Assembly: GCA_016700375.1 (NCBI GenBank)
Contig: CP065016.1
Location: 270,001 to 302,000 of the forward strand
DNA: 32,000 nucleotides
Direction: 5' to 3'
From: Candidatus Saccharimonadota bacterium
GTDB lineage: Bacteria; Patescibacteriota; Saccharimonadia; Saccharimonadales; UBA4665
A program made the translations under genes and the position numbers. Positions 24,975-32,000 of this stretch are shown piece after piece. Below the pieces are notes generated by a model. It did no database searches and was not told where the DNA came from. It saw only the letters and a list, made by a program, of their open reading frames with translations. How positions within the stretch are numbered: position 1 is the first letter of the stretch; each line of letters begins with the position of its first letter.

Positions 24975-25883
24975 ATGGTTATGCACACAATCGACCCGAA
25001 GCGCTACGGCGTCAGTTTTAGTGTCAAACAATGCCGGAGCTTTGGCCTTGACCCCAAAGCCACGCTTCGGTGGCTGCTCAAGATGGGCTGGCGACGCTTC
25101 CGCCTTATGAGCTACTGGAACGAGTGTGAAAAAACGCGCGGCACCTACGATTTTAGCGAACTCGACTGGCAAATGAAAATGGTCGAAAATGCCGGCGGCA
25201 TTGTCACGCTCTGCTTGGGCGTGAAGCAGCCGCGCTGGCCAGAGTACCACTGGCCCCAGTGGGCAATGACCCTACCCGAGCCAGAGAAGACTCAGGCGTT
25301 GTTAGACTTTGTACAGGCAACGGTAGAATGGTACGACAAAGCAGATTTTATAGATGGTTATCAGCTGGAAAACGAAGCAGTGCTTCGAGGGTTCGGCAGG
25401 GGAATCGACATAAATCTTCGGCGACTGCGCAAAGAATACCAGCTGCTCGCCGAGCTCACCGAAAAGCCAATCTACATGAGCACCAGCAACGGCTGGGGGA
25501 TTCCGCTGCGCCGCCCACACCCCCGCGGCGGCGTTGGTTTCAGTATATACACCATGATGTTCAACAAGGGCGCTTACCGGCACACCATCCAGAAACCATG
25601 GCTCCACAGATTGCGTCGCTTCATTATAGAGAAAATCATCGGAAAGCCAGTCTTCATTCACGAATTACAGCTAGAACCATGGGGTCACCGCGCCATATGG
25701 GAAATGACCACCGAGGAACAAGCCTTGTCCATGAGCGCCCAGCGCATACGTTTTAACATAGACTTTGCCCAGCGCGTCGACGCGCACCCCATAGACCTCT
25801 GGGGTGGAGAATGGTGGTATTGGCGCCACAAAAACGGCGATAAAACCATCTGGCAAGCCGTACAAAAAGCCATAAACGATTAA
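24975..25883 (+). CDS. clan GH-A-like glycoside hydrolase paralog without signal/anchor
   Basis: 302 aa, colinear with the catalytic part of 23578..24723. Shared blocks: FRLMSYW, GTYDF..LDWQ, QPRWPE, YQLENE, IHELQLEPW, IDLWGGEWWYWR. Confidence 0.7.
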   Translation: MVMHTIDPKRYGVSFSVKQCRSFGLDPKATLRWLLKMGWRRFRLMSYWNECEKTRGTYDFSELDWQMKMVENAGGIVTLCLGVKQPRWPEYHWPQWAMTLPEPEKTQALLDFVQATVEWYDKADFIDGYQLENEAVLRGFGRGIDINLRRLRKEYQLLAELTEKPIYMSTSNGWGIPLRRPHPRGGVGFSIYTMMFNKGAYRHTIQKPWLHRLRRFIIEKIIGKPVFIHELQLEPWGHRAIWEMTTEEQALSMSAQRIRFNIDFAQRVDAHPIDLWGGEWWYWRHKNGDKTIWQAVQKAIND

Positions 25884-25905
25884 TCTTTCCTGCTATCTAC
25901 AGTGG

Positions 25906-25914
25906 TGATACAAT
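25906..25914 (+). promoter_or_regulatory. extended -10 box TGATACAAT, 7 nt upstream of the ATPase ATG
   Basis: TGaTACAAT, then acagcat, then ATG at 25922. No SD. Confidence 0.5.
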
Positions 25915-25921
25915 ACAGCAT

Positions 25922-28003
25922 ATGGCAAAACAACCTATCCGGTGGCATCTGTTTGAGCTATATATCCTCAGTGAAAGCCTCACGCAAGGGCAATGGCTGC
26001 AACTCAACAAAGCCATCATCGGCCACCTAGGTGTACTTGGCGGAAACTACGATCTAGTGTTTCGCTGCACAGACAACGTCGTACGGTTTTTTGTACGGTG
26101 CGACCACGACCTCAGCATGTTGTCGAACGCCATTGAAGGCGTCCTGCTTCGTCCGGCGCACGAAAAAGACCTTGAGCTGCCCTCTGCGACCGGAAAAGAA
26201 CATTTTGTGCAGTTTGTGAGTGGTGGAAACATCCTTGACCTCAAAGAAAAATACCATATAAAGAAAATGAAAAGTCTTGAATTTGCCAGCTTCCGCGTCA
26301 AAGCTTTTCGGCATGACAAGGCCGTTATTCAAACCAGCATGTACTTTATGTCGGTAGGTAAAGCCTGGAGTAAGGCCACGAAATTACTAACCGCATTTCC
26401 CGCCAACCTGCTCGCCATAGACTTTACGACTAACACACATTACCTGAAAAAAACCGTTCCCAAATATCTCAATATTGAGAAAGCCGTCCCCATACTGTCA
26501 AGCGATAGCGCCGGAGCATTACTTGAAGTCGACACTTTTCCATTCTTTCCACGCAACTACTACTTACATCTCACCGGTTACGAATTTGACAAGCACTCGT
26601 TTATAGTCGGAGCGAGCGGAAGCGGCAAGTCAAAGTTCATTAGCCTGCTCGTAGACCGCCTGAGCAAAACGGCACTCGCCATGAACTACCGCGTCGTTGT
26701 CATAGACCCACACGCCTCGCTAGCCGAAGATTTTACCCACATAGCCGACAAAAAAGTAATCAATTTTGGCCACGAGAGTACCGAGCTATTTAGCGGCACC
26801 GCCACCGATATATCAGCCGCTACGGAGCTAACAGGCACGCTATTTCGTTCGCTTATGGGCGACATGGCTAACCCTAAAGCCGACCGCTTGCTGCGTTTTA
26901 GCCTGTATGTCCTCCTCACCGCCCAAGCAATGTCGCTCGGCAACCTCAAACGCTTTGTGACAGATATAGAGCTTCGTAACCAAATTCTTGAACATGTCGA
27001 GTCCTACGTTCCGAGTAACATCATTCACTTTTTTGGTGCCGATTTTAACGAGCTTCGTACCAAATATTACACCGAGACTATATCTCCCATCGTCTCTTTT
27101 GTAGATGAGATGCAGCTCCAACCAGCGCTGATAAGCGAAGGTGAACTTTCACTGAGCAAGACCATCCAGGAGCACTTTTTGACAGTCTTTTCTCTGAACA
27201 AAGTCAGCATGGGCGAAAAAGTTGTCAAAACCGTTGCTGGTCTGCTCATTCAGCAAATATTCCTCCTTGCTCAAGCCCGTGCGTTCAACCAGCGCGTTAT
27301 GCTCATAATAGACGAGGTTTCGGTAGTGCAAAACCCAGCTCTGGCAGCCATTTTGTCCGAGGCGCGCAAATTTAACCTAACGGTAGTTCTGACCCAGCAG
27401 TATTTTGGCCAGATAGATAAAGACTTACGCGATGCCATTTTTGCAAACACCTACAATTACTACACGTTCAAAGTTTCCGAGGAAGATGCTCGGGCGCTCG
27501 AGGGCAACCTAAATATTGAGCTACCGAAAGAACTCGTCGAGAAAGAGCATGCCAAAGGCATCGACGAGCCGGAAGTACGCGTCAAAATCATGACCGAACT
27601 GCACCCGCGAGAATGCCTCGTTCGGGTGCTCGCCAATGGCCAGGTTGTGCCGGCAGTCAAAGCCCGTACGCTAGACGCGCCACATGCCGAAAAATCCATT
27701 TCACCCGATAATCTCGCAACGTACCAGACCTCGCCCAGCCCAAAACTCCCAACCAAGTTCGAAGAATCCCAGGTGTTACGTAGCCCTGTTAAAACGGCCA
27801 TCCCAGGTGAAAATGCCCCAGAACCGCCGGTTACTGTAGCGTCAACACCGCTTGCATCTGCTCCACAGGGCTTAGAGACTGCTGCGCCCACACCGCCACG
27901 GCCATTTGACACCGCCAGTTCGCTGGAGCCACAGACATTTAACTTGAGCGACTTGCTCGCCGAACATTCATCTAGTCGAATAAAAGTAAGGAAGGATGGG
28001 TAA
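25922..28003 (+). CDS. HerA/FtsK/VirD4-class (DUF87/AAA_10-like) P-loop NTPase with unknown N-terminal domain and Pro-rich tail
   Basis: 693 aa. Motifs: Walker A VGASGSGKSKF, VVVIDPHASLAEDF, Walker B VMLIIDEVSVV, EARKFNLTVVLTQQ. There is a ~230-aa N-terminal domain with no motif I recognise and no TM helices. The last ~100 aa are Pro/Ala/Ser-rich. Confidence 0.7.
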   Translation: MAKQPIRWHLFELYILSESLTQGQWLQLNKAIIGHLGVLGGNYDLVFRCTDNVVRFFVRCDHDLSMLSNAIEGVLLRPAHEKDLELPSATGKEHFVQFVSGGNILDLKEKYHIKKMKSLEFASFRVKAFRHDKAVIQTSMYFMSVGKAWSKATKLLTAFPANLLAIDFTTNTHYLKKTVPKYLNIEKAVPILSSDSAGALLEVDTFPFFPRNYYLHLTGYEFDKHSFIVGASGSGKSKFISLLVDRLSKTALAMNYRVVVIDPHASLAEDFTHIADKKVINFGHESTELFSGTATDISAATELTGTLFRSLMGDMANPKADRLLRFSLYVLLTAQAMSLGNLKRFVTDIELRNQILEHVESYVPSNIIHFFGADFNELRTKYYTETISPIVSFVDEMQLQPALISEGELSLSKTIQEHFLTVFSLNKVSMGEKVVKTVAGLLIQQIFLLAQARAFNQRVMLIIDEVSVVQNPALAAILSEARKFNLTVVLTQQYFGQIDKDLRDAIFANTYNYYTFKVSEEDARALEGNLNIELPKELVEKEHAKGIDEPEVRVKIMTELHPRECLVRVLANGQVVPAVKARTLDAPHAEKSISPDNLATYQTSPSPKLPTKFEESQVLRSPVKTAIPGENAPEPPVTVASTPLASAPQGLETAAPTPPRPFDTASSLEPQTFNLSDLLAEHSSSRIKVRKDG

Positions 28004-28008
28004 AACCC

Positions 28009-28701
28009 ATGGACGAATCTGCCGCAAAAGCACTCCTGGACAATATTATTGGTCAAATCTTTGGCTATAAAAACCCACTTACCCTAGAGCAATTCCGTCA
28101 AAAATTTGCTTTTGACGTCCGTTTGCCGCAGCAGGTCAATGACAGCACCACCGGACAGGCCACCTGGACCCAGTCGGTCAACCCAAGTAAATTTATCACC
28201 ACTGAGAATGCCTGGAACAGACTGGACTGGGATCAGAAACCACAGCGGCAGTTCGACTCCATCCCGGACATCCTTGCGGCCTGGAATGAAGTGAACTATA
28301 CCGCTACGGAACGCCACCTGGACAGTATAAACATCGGCGAGTCGGACAATATTTACAGCTCGGAAAAGGTATATCGTTCGCAGGACATTAGCGGCTCCAA
28401 AAACATCCTGTTTTCAGACGGCGTGAACGACAGCGAATTTGTGGCGGCGTGCCAGCGTTCGAAAGGGCTCAGTTATTGCGCTCGTGTCGAAGACAGCAAC
28501 AGCACCTCAAACAGCTTTTCGGTTATATGGTCAAAGAAAATCGTCAACTGCTATTTTATAGAAGACTGCGGCGACATGTTCGAGTGCATGTTTTGTAGCC
28601 ACGTCTCGAACAAAAAGTTCTGCATAGCCAACATCCAGTTCGAGGAAGCCGAGTACCGTCGGCTCAAAGACATGGTTCTCCGCTGGATTCTCACCTCCTA
28701 A
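28009..28701 (+). CDS. hypothetical Cys/Ser-rich protein with nine 12-residue repeats (solenoid-like)
   Basis: 230 aa, starting 5 nt after the ATPase stop. Residues 103-210 split into nine 12-mers with conserved columns (see finding). Eight Cys are concentrated in the last five repeats. Confidence 0.6.
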   Translation: MDESAAKALLDNIIGQIFGYKNPLTLEQFRQKFAFDVRLPQQVNDSTTGQATWTQSVNPSKFITTENAWNRLDWDQKPQRQFDSIPDILAAWNEVNYTATERHLDSINIGESDNIYSSEKVYRSQDISGSKNILFSDGVNDSEFVAACQRSKGLSYCARVEDSNSTSNSFSVIWSKKIVNCYFIEDCGDMFECMFCSHVSNKKFCIANIQFEEAEYRRLKDMVLRWILTS

Positions 28702-28810
28702 AAACACCTATGGCAAAGTTGCTCTGATATGCGTGCCGGGTACACGAGAATGACGGCTCCTCCAAGACATTGACGTCAAATTTGTAGCTACGTCACTAAC
28801 ACGCCAGTTC

Positions 28811-29623
28811 TCAGGAATACGGATAGACCCTACACAAGTGCTCCAGGGCAGCAAGTGTGCGTTTTCTTTCTTGTGCCGCACGACTAATTGCCTCATCCAC
28901 CAGGTCTTTTGCGACATCAGTATCAACACGCATACTTTCTTCAGCAATTCTGCGGCTACGATTCCCGAGCATTGCGTCAAGCTCAGTATTAATAGCTGCA
29001 TATTTGGTATTGAGAAAATCGGATAAATTCCGAATAAAGTCTGGTGGCTCATTCCCTTCAAGCACGGTATGGACCGATAGTCTGGGCATAATCACATGAC
29101 CGATAGACCAACCATCAACATGCGACGACTCAACTCTTTGGCTCCGGCATGGTCTACCGCCTGCTACATATCTATTCAATACTTCCAAAAATTGACTTGC
29201 TTGGTTTGTTGCGTCTTCGGGTATGTGCACATCAAAATCGTGAACTTTATAGCTCAATGCGTTATTCCTTTTATCTACCGTACCGTACGTCGCAGCAATT
29301 TCTAGGGGTGTTAGGTCGTAGACCCTCAACCCCATACCTAGAGGAGAGTGTGTGGGCGGCAGTTCTTCTCCTGCCATATAACTGTCATCATATTCCTCTA
29401 AAACAGGACATATATCAAATTTTTGTACCGCCAGCTCCCCGCTGCTACGTGTTGCGAGTACACCTGCAAAGTGGATGGCAACCAGCCCTAGAGGCTGTCT
29501 TCGAACCCAAAGGGGGGATCTTGGGGCAAAATCATCCATTGCCACCGCATACACGTTTCGACAGGCCACAAGCAGCTCATTGCGTGGAGGTGAAGGGAAA
29601 GTGCCACCATGCGAAATAACCAT
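28811..29623 (-). CDS. hypothetical protein (270 aa) with a weak Pol-beta-type nucleotidyltransferase-like G-T-x13-D-F-D motif
   Basis: Long ORF with its own near-consensus promoter. The motif YGTVDKRNNALSYKVHDFDVHIPED spans residues 113-137. The C-terminal ~70 aa are helical and charged. Appears slightly more AT-rich than the core genes. Confidence 0.55.
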   Translation of the reverse strand: MVISHGGTFPSPPRNELLVACRNVYAVAMDDFAPRSPLWVRRQPLGLVAIHFAGVLATRSSGELAVQKFDICPVLEEYDDSYMAGEELPPTHSPLGMGLRVYDLTPLEIAATYGTVDKRNNALSYKVHDFDVHIPEDATNQASQFLEVLNRYVAGGRPCRSQRVESSHVDGWSIGHVIMPRLSVHTVLEGNEPPDFIRNLSDFLNTKYAAINTELDAMLGNRSRRIAEESMRVDTDVAKDLVDEAISRAAQERKRTLAALEHLCRVYPYS

Positions 29624-29632
29624 ATTAATTAT

Positions 29633-29661
29633 ATAATAAACTTTTTGTATATTTTTGTCAA
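29633..29661 (-). promoter_or_regulatory. promoter TTGACA-17-TATTAT for the 270-aa gene (2-3 nt leader)
   Basis: On the minus strand, TTGACA is at 29661-29656 and TATTAT at 29638-29633, with a 17-nt spacer. The ATG at 29623 follows after 9 nt. An overlapping TATAAT sits at 29633-29628. Confidence 0.55.
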
Positions 29662-29683
29662 TATTTTACCTCTGTTGTACAAT
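29655..29683 (+). promoter_or_regulatory. promoter TTGTCA-17-TACAAT for smpB, 6 nt from ATG (leaderless)
   Basis: TTGTCA is at 29655-29660 and TACAAT at 29678-29683, with a 17-nt spacer. The ATG is at 29690. No SD. Confidence 0.6.
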
Positions 29684-29689
29684 GTAGCC

Positions 29690-30175
29690 ATGGCAAAGAA
29701 ACAGGGGCGTCGCGGCCACCAGAAGCAGCAGGGACCACGCAAGGTCATTCAGAACCGACGAGCACGGCACGATTACGAGCTCGGCGATTCTTTGGTGGTG
29801 GGCTTACAACTCACCGGTGCCGAAACAAAGTCGCTGCGCATGGGGCACGGCCAGCTTCGTGGCGCGTACGTGACCGTCAAAGAAAACGAACTGTACCTGC
29901 TAAATGGCACGGTCAACGGGACCAGTGGCGTTCCGGTACCCGAACAAGACCAGTCACGTACACGCAAGCTCCTCGCTAGGCGCCGCGAAATAGACGCACT
30001 ACTGGAAGCCAAGACACAAGGCCGCACTATTGTCCCGCTCGAAATCCTTACCGCTGGCCGCTACATCAAGCTCCGCATTGCCATCGGCAAAGGCAAGAAA
30101 ACTTGGGACAAACGCCAAACCTTACGCAAGCGAGACGATGCCCGCGACTCCGAGCGTGCTATGAAAAATCATTAG
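29690..30175 (+). CDS. smpB: SsrA-binding protein SmpB
   Basis: NRRARHDYELGDSLVVGLQLTGAETKSLR, GAYV, LLNG, RTRKLLARRREI, and a basic C-terminal tail. The start is set at ATG 29690 (MAKKQGRRG); the tracked 29609 start runs through the promoter. Confidence 0.92.
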   Translation: MAKKQGRRGHQKQQGPRKVIQNRRARHDYELGDSLVVGLQLTGAETKSLRMGHGQLRGAYVTVKENELYLLNGTVNGTSGVPVPEQDQSRTRKLLARRREIDALLEAKTQGRTIVPLEILTAGRYIKLRIAIGKGKKTWDKRQTLRKRDDARDSERAMKNH

Positions 30176-30277
30176 CACTGTTATAAGCACAACTTTTTTC
30201 TGTGAGAAATCTTACAAAAAACATGAGCACTTTCTGAGATACTACTCTTGAAGACTATGTAAATGAGGGGTTATCTC

Positions 30278-32000
30278 ATGTGGAAACAAAGACTCATAAA
30301 CCTAACGCTTGCTGTGGGTATCGCAGTAAGCGCACTTGCCGCAATACCAAGCTCTGTGTGGGCTGCGGCTGATACGTGTACCTGGTCTGGCGCTGTCAAC
30401 GCAGACTGGAGCAACGGTGGTAACTGGTCAGGCTGTGATAACGGCAATGTTCCTGACGCCGGCGATACTCTAGAGTTCCCAGCTGGAACCGCCAACAAGG
30501 CTATGAACAATGACATCGCCGGACTCTCTGTCGCAACGCTCAACTTTAGCGATAGCGGGTATTCGGTAACTGGTAATGACCTCACCATCACAAACGTCAC
30601 AGCTATTTTGGCAACCCAATCAGTCTCTATTGATGTCAATGTCAGCTACACAGCCTTCAATGTCGTACTCATCGCGAGTACAGGCCGAACAATAACGCTC
30701 AGCGGTACCAGTAACTTCTCGGCGGCTGGCGAGGTAAATGTCGGGCAGTCTGGCTATGACGGTACGGTCGATTTTACCGACAACATCACCGGTACAACGA
30801 CTCAATTTGTTGCCGTTAATGACGCAACGGCAATCGTACGCGGCGCCACAAACACCTTTACGGCGGGTACCGTTGGAGCCGAATCAAATGCCTCATTTGA
30901 ATGCCGCTCAGCCACCTGCTTTGGCAGTAACGCCAACGACATCTACATGGGCGGCGGAGTGGTTTCTATATATGTAAATGCCGCCTTTGCAAATGATTGG
31001 CAAACCAGCGTGACGACGCCAGACACCTCATGGCTTGCCGCATACGACAACATCACAATTACCGGAAACGGGGTTGTCAACGATAGTATTGGCATAAGTC
31101 AAGAAACTGCCAGCAGAAATCTGCAGTTTACCGGAACCATTACCAACAATAGCGGTATCTCTCTGTTTACAGTAGACGCTTCTGCGCAAATACGGGTCGA
31201 TGGCACGGTCAGCGGCAATGGCGGCTTTTCTATCGGCGGTGGTAGCTTCCGCCTAGCCGGGGCAAACACCTACGCGGGCACAAACACTGTCAACAGCGGC
31301 GCGCTTGTCATGGTAACTAACGAGCAAGGCTTGGGCAGCACCGCCGGCGACACGAATATCCTTTCAGGCGGAACGGTGCGCTTTGACTTTGCCGGTGCGT
31401 CAAGCGTCGCCGAGAATCTGTGGGTTGATGGCAGCGGTGTCGGTGGCAACGGTGTGCTTGTCCAGGCGGGCGAGTCAACCACGCTTTCGGGGGACATTGT
31501 ATTGTCGGGCAACTCAGTCTTTAGCGTCGATAGCAGTGCGCTGTTTTCAGCCTTCACCCTATCGGGAGTTATATCTGGCACTGGCAATATTACCCTTACC
31601 ACCAGCCCAACGACGGTCGTCGCCAATAGCTCCATCCAGTTTACTGGTGCCTCGGCCAACACCTACGCTGGCAAGCTAACTGTTCAAGGCGTGCGGTTTT
31701 ACCCCAGCAAAGCAGCAGATGTCGTTGCGGTTACCGGCGACATGGACGTGCTTGCGACAAGCACTAAGCCATCAACCGTTGAAACGTCTTTCGATGAATC
31801 GATTGCCGACACAAGCCATGTGCATCTTGTCAAAAACGGTAGCAACAAAGCCGCTCTGTATATCGGCACAACAGCAACTGAAACCATCGGCTATGTCACG
31901 GGTGATGGTGAATTGTCGGTCGGCGGCAATGGCGCAGCCATTGTTCTTGCTAGCAACGCCAACTACACATTTGGCGGGACTGTCTCGAAATTTAGCAACG
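30278..32000 (+). CDS. large secreted surface protein with autotransporter-associated beta-strand (PATR)-type repeats; partial, continues beyond the right edge
   Basis: I translated frame 30278 to 32000 by hand: 574 codons with no stop. It is absent from the ORF track because it is open-ended. GAGGGG SD lies 7 nt upstream. Signal peptide: MWKQRLINLTLAVGIAVSALAAIPSSVWA/AAD. Gly/Thr/Asn/Ser-rich repeats include FRLAGANTYAGTNTVNSGALVM and FTGASANTYAGKLTVQG. Confidence 0.82.
   Translation, partial: MWKQRLINLTLAVGIAVSALAAIPSSVWAAADTCTWSGAVNADWSNGGNWSGCDNGNVPDAGDTLEFPAGTANKAMNNDIAGLSVATLNFSDSGYSVTGNDLTITNVTAILATQSVSIDVNVSYTAFNVVLIASTGRTITLSGTSNFSAAGEVNVGQSGYDGTVDFTDNITGTTTQFVAVNDATAIVRGATNTFTAGTVGAESNASFECRSATCFGSNANDIYMGGGVVSIYVNAAFANDWQTSVTTPDTSWLAAYDNITITGNGVVNDSIGISQETASRNLQFTGTITNNSGISLFTVDASAQIRVDGTVSGNGGFSIGGGSFRLAGANTYAGTNTVNSGALVMVTNEQGLGSTAGDTNILSGGTVRFDFAGASSVAENLWVDGSGVGGNGVLVQAGESTTLSGDIVLSGNSVFSVDSSALFSAFTLSGVISGTGNITLTTSPTTVVANSSIQFTGASANTYAGKLTVQGVRFYPSKAADVVAVTGDMDVLATSTKPSTVETSFDESIADTSHVHLVKNGSNKAALYIGTTATETIGYVTGDGELSVGGNGAAIVLASNANYTFGGTVSKFSN

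Noticed and set aside
28708-29061. Tracked 117-aa minus-strand ORF overlapping the 3' end of the 270-aa gene
   Set aside because: It is an off-frame overlap with the longer, better-supported ORF 28811..29623, and its composition is poor.
30176-30277. Search for tmRNA (ssrA), tRNA genes or an integrase next to smpB
   Set aside because: The spacer is only 102 nt and has no tRNA-like acceptor/T-arm sequence (no GGTTCGAATCC-type motif anywhere I scanned). I saw no tRNA-like sequence in any intergenic region of the window.
30271-31887. Tracked minus- and plus-strand ORFs of 61-130 aa in the right-hand 1.7 kb
   Set aside because: All lie inside the uninterrupted 574-codon signal-peptide-bearing PATR-repeat ORF in frame 30278 and are shadows of its biased composition.

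Overview
Gene-dense chromosomal segment of a small-genome bacterium. Gene content and style (CBS-less IMPDH, compact F1Fo operon, giant PATR-repeat surface protein, many orphan genes) suggest a Patescibacteria/CPR, Saccharibacteria-like organism; this is inference, not a database result. Left to right: a partial membrane protein; a UvrD-type helicase fused to a RecB-type nuclease; an aquaporin with a Lys/Ala-rich tail preceded by an orphan with a beta-carbonic-anhydrase-like motif triad; a complete minus-strand F1Fo ATP synthase operon (atpI-like, B, E, F, H, A, G, D, C; 6102-13212) with two long intercistronic inverted repeats and an extra 54-codon ORF between atpG and atpD; guaB (no CBS pair) and guaA; a more AT-rich type II restriction-modification cassette; an ABC1/UbiB-type kinase flanked by two tiny two-helix membrane ORFs; a glutaredoxin-like protein, a GNAT and a CobA-type adenosyltransferase; a DAGK-like orphan; a secreted SNase; a GT2 glycosyltransferase with two paralogous clan GH-A-like hydrolases; a leaderless two-gene operon (HerA/FtsK/VirD4-class P-loop ATPase plus a Cys/Ser-rich protein with nine 12-residue repeats); a 270-aa orphan; smpB; and the 5' part of a very large secreted PATR-repeat protein that is absent from the ORF track because it is open-ended. 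I found no rRNA, tRNA, tmRNA, CRISPR array, transposase or integrase. Two sequence-level patterns stand out. (1) Nearly every transcription-unit head has a -10 box, often extended (TGn), only 4-11 nt upstream of the start codon with no Shine-Dalgarno, so it looks leaderless or nearly so, whereas operon-internal genes carry GGAG-type SD sites. (2) There is a set of intergenic hairpin elements whose arms are built from locus-specific tandem 6-8-mers. The best candidate for an undescribed system is the ATPase plus 12-residue-repeat operon at 25906-28701 with its neighbouring orphan, but I cannot assign a function from sequence alone.
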